Assembly (NCBI RefSeq): GCF_000195955.2 | Contig: NC_000962.3 | Location: 3,600,001 to 3,632,000, forward strand | Direction of reading: 5' to 3' | DNA from: Mycobacterium tuberculosis H37Rv | GTDB lineage: Bacteria; Actinomycetota; Actinomycetes; Mycobacteriales; Mycobacteriaceae | Length of the DNA: 32,000 bases | Shown: positions 8,295-14,456 of the stretch, one piece after another | Position numbering within the stretch: the first letter of the stretch is position 1 | Layout: every line of letters begins with the position of its first letter | Notes under the pieces: generated by a model | The model's database searches: none | Told to the model about the DNA's origin: nothing | The model's input: only the letters and a program-made list of their open reading frames with translations | Program-made: the position numbers and the translations under genes

Positions 8295-8321
8295 TACGGT
8301 ACCGTAACCTACGGTTCCGTA
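8295..8321 (-). promoter_or_regulatory. Tandem-palindrome operator-like element upstream of the reductase gene (copy 2)
   Basis: TACGGTACCGTA-ACC-TACGGTTCCGTA. The first half is a perfect 12-bp palindrome. It lies 40 nt upstream of the ATG at 8254. Confidence 0.5.
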
Positions 8322-8363
8322 TCTAGGCCCGGACGCGCAGACTGCGTCACACCCACGGCATCG

Positions 8364-8873
8364 TCAGAGCAGGTCCAGCAGAAATGGCAGCTCTTGGTTG
8401 GCGTACCAGGCGAGATCGTGGTCCTGGGCGTCACCGACCACCAGCTCAGCGTCCTCGTCGCCCAGGTCAGCGGCATCGATGACCGCAATCGCCGCCATCA
8501 CGGCCGGCTCAGCGCCGGCATTGTCGACATATGCGGCGACAACCTGATCGATCGTGATTGGCCCCGCCAGCCTGACGACCGCGTCATCAAGATCGGGACG
8601 GTACGTGGCATCGTCGACCTCGGCGGCCAGCACCGCGCGTCTGGGCGGCAGGGCGTCTGCGGTGGCGCCGATGTCCGCCGCTAGCAGACGCAACGACGCC
8701 AACGCCGCTTCGCGCAGCGCCACCTCGGCAAGCTCCTCGTCGTCACCCTCGGCGTACGACTCACGCAACGTCGGCGTCACTGCAAAAGCAGTGCCGTTGA
8801 CCGGCCACAACGCGCCATCGGCAACGAGTCGCTGCAACATGGCCAGGGTGGCCGGGATGTAGACCTGCGTCAC
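8364..8873 (-). CDS. Conserved acidic hypothetical protein (function unknown)
   Basis: 169-aa ORF. Its GTG start at 8873 overlaps the ppk2 stop (GTGA). The product is very Asp/Glu/Ala-rich and I recognise no catalytic motif. Corresponds to Rv3231c. Confidence 0.75.
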   Translation of the reverse strand: MTQVYIPATLAMLQRLVADGALWPVNGTAFAVTPTLRESYAEGDDEELAEVALREAALASLRLLAADIGATADALPPRRAVLAAEVDDATYRPDLDDAVVRLAGPITIDQVVAAYVDNAGAEPAVMAAIAVIDAADLGDEDAELVVGDAQDHDLAWYANQELPFLLDLL

Positions 8874-9757
8874 CGGGCGATCAACGTGGCCACATAGTCG
8901 TCGACGTATGTCGACAACTCGCGGGGCGGACGCCTGTAGTTGCCACTCACAAGCGGCCGTGGCGGCAGCTTGACCTTTGGCTTTTCCACATCTGCGTAGT
9001 CAATCGTGGACAGCAAGTGGGCCATCATGTTCAGCCGCGCGTGCTTTTTGATATCAGACTCCACCACGTACCAGGGGCTGACGGGGGTGTCGGTATGCAC
9101 CATCATCTCGTCCTTTGCGCGCGAATAGTCCTCCCACCGATACACCGATTCCAGGTCCATTGGGCTGAGCTTCCATTGCCGGACCGGGTCATTCCGTCGA
9201 GCCTTGAATCGGCGCAACTGTTCGGCGTCTGAGACTGAAAACCAGTATTTGCGAAGCAGAATCCCGTCATCGATCAGCATCTGCTCGAAAATCGGGGTCT
9301 GCCGCAAAAACAACACATACTCCTGCGGCGTACAGAAACCCATGACCTTCTCCACACCGGCGCGGTTGTACCAGGACCGATCGAAGAGCACTATCTCACC
9401 TTTGGCGGGAAGATGGGCAATATAACGCTGGTAGTACCACTGACCCCGCTCGCGATCCGTCGGCGCGGGCAATGCCGCGATACGAGCCACTCGCGGGTTG
9501 AGGTACTCGGTGATCCGTTTGATGGCGCCACCCTTACCAGCTCCGTCACGGCCTTCGAAGATGACCACCAGACGCGCACCCGAATGCCGGGCCCACTCTT
9601 GCAGCTTCACGAATTCTGTTTGCAGCCGAAACAATTCGGCTTGGTAGACGGCATCGGAGATCTTGCGCCGGCCCGGCGCAGCTGATCTGTGTCCCTTCGC
9701 TCTCGACGACGCGCCGTCGTTGGTCGCGGTGCTCACATCAACGGATGGTATATCCAC
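8870..9757 (-). CDS. ppk2: Polyphosphate kinase 2 (polyP-dependent nucleotide kinase)
   Basis: 295 aa with a GTG start at 9757. PPK2 Walker A FEGRDGAGKGG and the typical DRSWYNR lid region are present. Confidence 0.92.
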   Translation of the reverse strand: MDIPSVDVSTATNDGASSRAKGHRSAAPGRRKISDAVYQAELFRLQTEFVKLQEWARHSGARLVVIFEGRDGAGKGGAIKRITEYLNPRVARIAALPAPTDRERGQWYYQRYIAHLPAKGEIVLFDRSWYNRAGVEKVMGFCTPQEYVLFLRQTPIFEQMLIDDGILLRKYWFSVSDAEQLRRFKARRNDPVRQWKLSPMDLESVYRWEDYSRAKDEMMVHTDTPVSPWYVVESDIKKHARLNMMAHLLSTIDYADVEKPKVKLPPRPLVSGNYRRPPRELSTYVDDYVATLIAR

Positions 9758-9780
9758 ACATCACCATCGACCCCTAACAA

Positions 9781-10383
9781 CTACCGCGAAGCCTCCAGAA
9801 GCTCGTCCAGTGCTTGGCTCAACAGCCCCGGCAGCAGATCGACATCGCTCATCGCGTCGCGGTCGGCATTGATGCCGAAATACAACATCCCGTTATACGA
9901 CGTCACGCTGATGGCCAGCGCCTGGTTGTGCAGTAGCGGCGGCACGGAGTAGGTCTCCAGCAGCTTGGTACCCGCAATGTACATCTGCGACTGGGTTCCG
10001 GGGGCATTGGTGATCAACAGATTGAACAACCGTGCCGAAAAGCTAGTGGCGACCCGCACCCCCATGGCGTGCAAAGTGGCCGGTGCTAACCCCGACAACG
10101 TGACGATAGTCCTGGCATCGACCAGGCTGGCGGCGGTCGGGTTGGATTCGGTGGCGTGCGCGATCTGCGACAACCGCACTACGGCATTGCCCTCCCCCAC
10201 CGGGAGGTCAACCAAGAACGGTGTCACCTGGCTGATCGCCTGACCAGGGCCGGTTGAGTCGAGTTGGTCGTCGGCATAGACCGACAGCGGCGCCATCGCC
10301 CGAACAGTCGCGGTCGGTGCCACAGCTTCACCGCGTGACATCAGCCAGTTGCCCAAGGCACCGGCAATCACCGTCAGCACCAC
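9781..10383 (-). CDS. C-terminal half of a WS/DGAT (wax-ester synthase / diacylglycerol acyltransferase), separated from its N-terminal half by a frameshift
   Basis: The product (M)VLTVIAGALGNWL... continues the conserved NDVVLxxxxGAL segment of WS/DGAT enzymes. It also has the C-terminal family region NAPGTQSQMYIAG. The start codon is arbitrary because this is a fragment. Corresponds to Rv3233c. Confidence 0.7.
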   Translation of the reverse strand: MVLTVIAGALGNWLMSRGEAVAPTATVRAMAPLSVYADDQLDSTGPGQAISQVTPFLVDLPVGEGNAVVRLSQIAHATESNPTAASLVDARTIVTLSGLAPATLHAMGVRVATSFSARLFNLLITNAPGTQSQMYIAGTKLLETYSVPPLLHNQALAISVTSYNGMLYFGINADRDAMSDVDLLPGLLSQALDELLEASR

Positions 10384-11189
10384 GTCGTGGAGTCACAGTC
10401 GTAGCGAGCCCGCACCGTGCGATAGTCATCAAGACTTGCACGGGCAACCGTAAATCGCCGATTACGCGACACGGTGGCATTGAGCGGGCTACTGGGCGCG
10501 GTGCCCCGTGCCACCGTGCGGGCGATATCGAGAACCTTGCGGCCCGTCTCGACGAGTTGGCCGGAATTCGTTACCAACCCGGCGACCGCGGATCCGACGG
10601 CCTGTAGTTGTGCGCCCGGCCGCACCAGCCAGTCCCCGACCGCGCGCAGCAGCAACCGCGTGGTGCCGGGGTCCCGTTCCGGGACCCAGATGTCTTCCGG
10701 AAACGCCGGTGGACGCCGCGTCCGGTCGGCGATCACGTGGCCTATCGCCAGCGCGGTCACCCCGTTGATCAGGGCTTGGTGCGACTTGGTGTAGAGGGCA
10801 ATGCGATTCTTTTCCAGACCCTCGACGAGATACATCTCCCACAATGGCCGCGATTTGTCCAGCGGCCGAGCGGCCAGCCGTGCGATCAGCTCGTGCAGTT
10901 GCTCGTCACTACCCGGCGACGGCAGGGCCGACCGCCGGACGTGGTAGGTGATGTCGAAGTCGCGATCGTCGATCCACACCGGCCTGGCCAGGCCCAATTT
11001 CACTTCCTGGACTTTCTGACGATAGCGCGGTATCTGCGGCAGCCGCTGTTCGACGGTTTCCAGCAGTGCCTCGTAGCTCAATCCGGCACGCGGACGGCGC
11101 AGGATCAACAGCAACCCGACATACATTGGGGTGGCTGTGTTCTCCAGCTGATAGAAGGAGGCGTCCGATGCAGACAACCGGGTGACCAC
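10374..11189 (-). CDS. tgs3: N-terminal half of WS/DGAT triacylglycerol synthase (split gene)
   Basis: 271 aa. GTG start at 11189 with AAGGAGG upstream. WS/DGAT N-terminal domain (SASDASFYQLE..., PLWEMYLVEGL). The position of the HHxxxDG motif reads SHQALING (10761-10784). The ORF ends at TGA 10374-10376, in a different frame from the downstream half. Confidence 0.8.
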   Translation of the reverse strand: MVTRLSASDASFYQLENTATPMYVGLLLILRRPRAGLSYEALLETVEQRLPQIPRYRQKVQEVKLGLARPVWIDDRDFDITYHVRRSALPSPGSDEQLHELIARLAARPLDKSRPLWEMYLVEGLEKNRIALYTKSHQALINGVTALAIGHVIADRTRRPPAFPEDIWVPERDPGTTRLLLRAVGDWLVRPGAQLQAVGSAVAGLVTNSGQLVETGRKVLDIARTVARGTAPSSPLNATVSRNRRFTVARASLDDYRTVRARYDCDSTTWC

Positions 11190-11299
11190 TACGGCCCTGT
11201 CCTCCTTGTCAATTCGTCGCGACGAGTCACGTCGTCGCCCACGCTAACGGTTAGCCCGACCACTTCACGGCGCGGGTACACGCAAGCCCGCATTGTGCG

Positions 11300-11941
11300 A
11301 TGATGGCCAGCAACCAAACCGCTGCGCAACACTCGTCTGCCACTCTCCAGCAGGCTCCTCGTTCGATCGATGATGCTGGAGGGTGCCCCTTGACCATCAG
11401 TCCTATCGCGAACTCACCGGGCGACACCTTCGCCGTCACACCCGTCGTCGAGTACGAGCCGCCGCCGCGAAACATCCCGCCGTGCGGGCAATCATCGCAC
11501 GCAGCCCGGCGGCCGCACACCCCGCAGCTAGCTCGCCGACAACCAATCAGGCCGAGCGGCCGGGCACCGGCAGCGGTCACCTCCACGGCCAAGTCACCGC
11601 GGCTGCGTCAAGCGGGGACCTTCGCCGATGCCGCGCTACGCCGAGTGCTGGAGGTCATCGACCGCCGCCGCCCGGTGGGCCAGCTGCGCCCCCTGCTGGC
11701 ACCCGGCCTCGTCGACTCCGTGCTCGCGGTGAGCCGCACGGCGGCCGGACACCAACAAGGCGCGGCCATGCTGCGCCGCATCCGGCTGACACCGGCCGGA
11801 CCCGACACCGCGGACACCGCCGCCGAGGTCTTCGGCACCTACAGTCGCGGGGACCGGATCCATGCGATCGCCTGCCGGGTGGAACAACGGCCCGCCGGTA
11901 ACGAAACCCGATGGCTGATGGTCGCCCTGCACATCGGGTGA
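11300..11941 (+). CDS. Ala/Arg/Pro-rich conserved hypothetical (Rv3235 family)
   Basis: 213-aa ORF with an ATG start. The N-terminal half is low-complexity. The C-terminal ~100 aa (RVLEVIDRRRPVGQLRPLL...WLMVALHIG) look globular. One of only five features on the plus strand. Function unknown. Confidence 0.65.
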   Translation: MMASNQTAAQHSSATLQQAPRSIDDAGGCPLTISPIANSPGDTFAVTPVVEYEPPPRNIPPCGQSSHAARRPHTPQLARRQPIRPSGRAPAAVTSTAKSPRLRQAGTFADAALRRVLEVIDRRRPVGQLRPLLAPGLVDSVLAVSRTAAGHQQGAAMLRRIRLTPAGPDTADTAAEVFGTYSRGDRIHAIACRVEQRPAGNETRWLMVALHIG

Positions 11942-11958
11942 GATCGCCGGCCCACACC

Positions 11959-13116
11959 CTAGTTCGAAGCTACTGCGGCGGCCGGCAGCCCACCGCCGGT
12001 GTAGCGGGCCAGTATCGGACCGACGATCGCCATGACGAACACATACGCCGTGGCCAAGGCGGCAACCCCCGGGATCGAGGCACCGGCCAGCCCGATGATG
12101 ATCAAAGAAAACTCCCCCCGGGCAACGAGCGCGGTGCCAGCACGCAGCTGCCCACGCCGTGCCACTCCCTCCCGCCGGGCAGCGAACATCCCGGTGGCCA
12201 CCTTGGTCGCTGCGGTGACAGCGGCCAGGGCCAGCGCTACCGGAAGCATTGAAACGAGCTTTCCCGGGTCAACCGACAGGCCGATTCCCAGGAAGAAGAT
12301 CGTGGCGAACAAGTCACGCAGCGGAGTCAGCACCATGCGTGCCCGGTCTGCGGTCTCCCCGGTAAGCGTGAGGCCTACCAGAAACGCACCCACAGCCGCC
12401 GACGCGTGCAGCGACTCGGCCACCGCCGCCACGATCAAGGTGATGCCCAGCACCCGCAACAACAATTGTTCGGAATCAGGATGAGTCACCAACCGGCCGA
12501 CATGATGACCCCAACGATACGACGCCGCGAACGCCCCAAGCAAAGCGGCGATCGCCACCGTCATGCCCACGACCGCCTCGAGCCAGCTGCCGTCTGTCGC
12601 GAGAACCGCGAACAGCGGCAAGTAGGCCGCCATCGCGAAGTCTTCGAGCACCAGCACCGACAGCACAGCCGGCGTTTCCCGGTTGCCGAGCCGACGCAGG
12701 TCCTCCAACAGCCGCGCGATCACACCCGAGGAGGAAATGTAGGTGACCCCGGCCAGACCGAGGATGGCAACACCGTCCAACCCCAAAAGCCAGCCCGCCA
12801 CCGCACCGGGCGTGGCGTTGAGGACGATATCGACACCCGCCGACGGCAGGTGGTGGCGCAGACTGCTGGCGAACTCGGTCGCAGAAAACTCCAGACCCAG
12901 GGCCAAAAGCAACAACACGACACCGATGGGCGCACCGGTAGCGATGAACTCACCGGCGGCGGCCACCCCCAAGATGCCGCCATTGCCTAACGACAAACCC
13001 GCCAACAAATACACCGGAATCGGCGACAACGCGAATCGTCGTGCCACTGCACCCAGCACCGCAAGCACCGCCAACAGGACGCCGAGCTCAAACAACAGCG
13101 CCCTCGAAACCTCCAC
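11959..13116 (-). CDS. kefB: CPA2-family cation:proton antiporter membrane subunit (KefB/KhtU-like)
   Basis: 385 aa, polytopic and hydrophobic throughout, with the Na+/H+-exchanger family pattern. The GTG start at 13116 is 4 nt after the stop of the upstream RCK_C gene. Confidence 0.85.
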   Translation of the reverse strand: MEVSRALLFELGVLLAVLAVLGAVARRFALSPIPVYLLAGLSLGNGGILGVAAAGEFIATGAPIGVVLLLLALGLEFSATEFASSLRHHLPSAGVDIVLNATPGAVAGWLLGLDGVAILGLAGVTYISSSGVIARLLEDLRRLGNRETPAVLSVLVLEDFAMAAYLPLFAVLATDGSWLEAVVGMTVAIAALLGAFAASYRWGHHVGRLVTHPDSEQLLLRVLGITLIVAAVAESLHASAAVGAFLVGLTLTGETADRARMVLTPLRDLFATIFFLGIGLSVDPGKLVSMLPVALALAAVTAATKVATGMFAARREGVARRGQLRAGTALVARGEFSLIIIGLAGASIPGVAALATAYVFVMAIVGPILARYTGGGLPAAAVASN

Positions 13117-13120
13117 CGGT

Positions 13121-13603
13121 TCAGCCCTTTTCGACGATCTGTTCGACCCCGGCGATCCCGTCCTCGGTGCCGATCACGATGAGGACATCTCCGGCTCGCA
13201 GCACATCAGTCGGGCCCGGCGAGGCCAACACATCCTCGTCACGCACGATCGCCACAATCGACGCGCCGGTACGGGTGCGCGCACGGGTATCACCCAGCGG
13301 CCGGTCCACAAACAAGCTACCCGCCCGGATGTGAATCTGACCGGCCTTAAGCCCGGGCACCTCACGCGTCAGCTCGGTAAATCGCTCGGCGATCCTCGGC
13401 GCACCCAGAATCTGAGCCACCGCCTCGGCCTCTTCATCGGTGAGCCGCAAAACCGGTCGGGCTTCGTCCGGATCATCGCGGCCATACAGGACGACGTCGA
13501 AACCGCCACTGCGCCTGGCAACGATGCCGATCCGGTCACCGCGATAGCTGGTGAACTCGTATCGCAGGCCCACCCCCGGCAGCAGCACCTCCTTGACGTC
13601 CAT
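13121..13603 (-). CDS. KhtT-like regulatory subunit (N-terminal KhtT domain + C-terminal RCK_C/TrkA-C domain) of the K+/H+ antiporter
   Basis: I chose ATG 13603 (AAGGA 9 nt upstream), giving MDVKEVLLPGVGLRYEF..., which aligns with B. subtilis KhtT MNIKENDLPGIGKKFEI as I remember it. The C-terminal RCK_C pattern is GDVLIVIGTEDG. The track start at 13633 is a TTG with no homology support. Confidence 0.8.
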   Translation of the reverse strand: MDVKEVLLPGVGLRYEFTSYRGDRIGIVARRSGGFDVVLYGRDDPDEARPVLRLTDEEAEAVAQILGAPRIAERFTELTREVPGLKAGQIHIRAGSLFVDRPLGDTRARTRTGASIVAIVRDEDVLASPGPTDVLRAGDVLIVIGTEDGIAGVEQIVEKG

Positions 13604-13663
13604 AGGAGTCAATCCTTGACGAAATGCGGCCAAGATAGAAGCGGTACGGGCAATCTCGTTGAC

Positions 13664-14398
13664 TCAGGTATGCCGGTGCGGCCACGGCAACAACATCGAC
13701 ACCTCGCGGCGGTAATCGCGGTATTGGTCGCCCAGCGCCGCGAGTAGGTCGCGCTCTTCGAACTGCAACGCGACCAAGATGTAGCCCGTCGCGCCGATCG
13801 CGAAAAGCAAGTGCCCCGCCGTCATCATGGGCGTCGCCCAGAACGCGACGACGAATCCGAGCATGATCGGGTGGCGTACCCACCGGTAGAGCAGATGAGC
13901 CTGAAAACCGATCTCGGTGTACGGCTTTCCGCGCCAAGCCAAATACACCTGCCGTAGGCCGAACAATTCGAAATGATTGATCATGAAAGTCGACGTCAAC
14001 ACCGTGGCCCACCCGAGCCAGAACAACGCCCACAACGCCACCCGGCCAGCCGGCTGCCGCACGTCCCAGATGACCGCCGGCATCGTTCGCCATTGCCAGT
14101 ACAGCAACAACAGCGCAACGCTGGCCAGCAGTACATAGGTGCTGCGCTCGATCGAGGGCGGCACGAATCGAGTCCACCAGCGTTTGAAACCCTGTCGTGC
14201 CATCACGCTATGTTGGACGGCGAACACGCCCAGCAGCACCAAGTTGACCACGACCGCCTGGCCGATCGGCGCCGCGATCGCGTGATCTACGGTTCGTGGC
14301 ACCACTACGTCGCCGACGAAACCGATCGCATACCCGAAGGCAACCAGGAATACCAGATAGCTCGCGGCCCCGTAAATGATCGTCAAATAACGCTTCAT
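13664..14398 (-). CDS. mddA: Integral-membrane SAM-dependent methyltransferase of the ICMT/PEMT superfamily, MddA-like (methanethiol S-methyltransferase)
   Basis: 244 aa and multi-TM. The C-terminal ICMT-type region is VRHPIMLGFVVAFWATPMMTAGHLLFA...FEERDLLAALGDQYRDYRREVSMLLP. Corresponds to Rv3238c, which I recall was tested as an MddA homologue. Confidence 0.75.
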   Translation of the reverse strand: MKRYLTIIYGAASYLVFLVAFGYAIGFVGDVVVPRTVDHAIAAPIGQAVVVNLVLLGVFAVQHSVMARQGFKRWWTRFVPPSIERSTYVLLASVALLLLYWQWRTMPAVIWDVRQPAGRVALWALFWLGWATVLTSTFMINHFELFGLRQVYLAWRGKPYTEIGFQAHLLYRWVRHPIMLGFVVAFWATPMMTAGHLLFAIGATGYILVALQFEERDLLAALGDQYRDYRREVSMLLPWPHRHT

Positions 14399-14456
14399 AA
14401 CCTGATTCTGCTCCGCAGGAGTGTGCAGCTGGGGCGTTCGGCCCGATTGGCGCCAA

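Noticed and set aside
13604-13663. Possible c-di-AMP (ydaO-type) riboswitch ahead of the KhtT-like gene.
   Set aside because: The intergenic space is only 60 nt, far too short for that riboswitch class, and it has no matching conserved segments.
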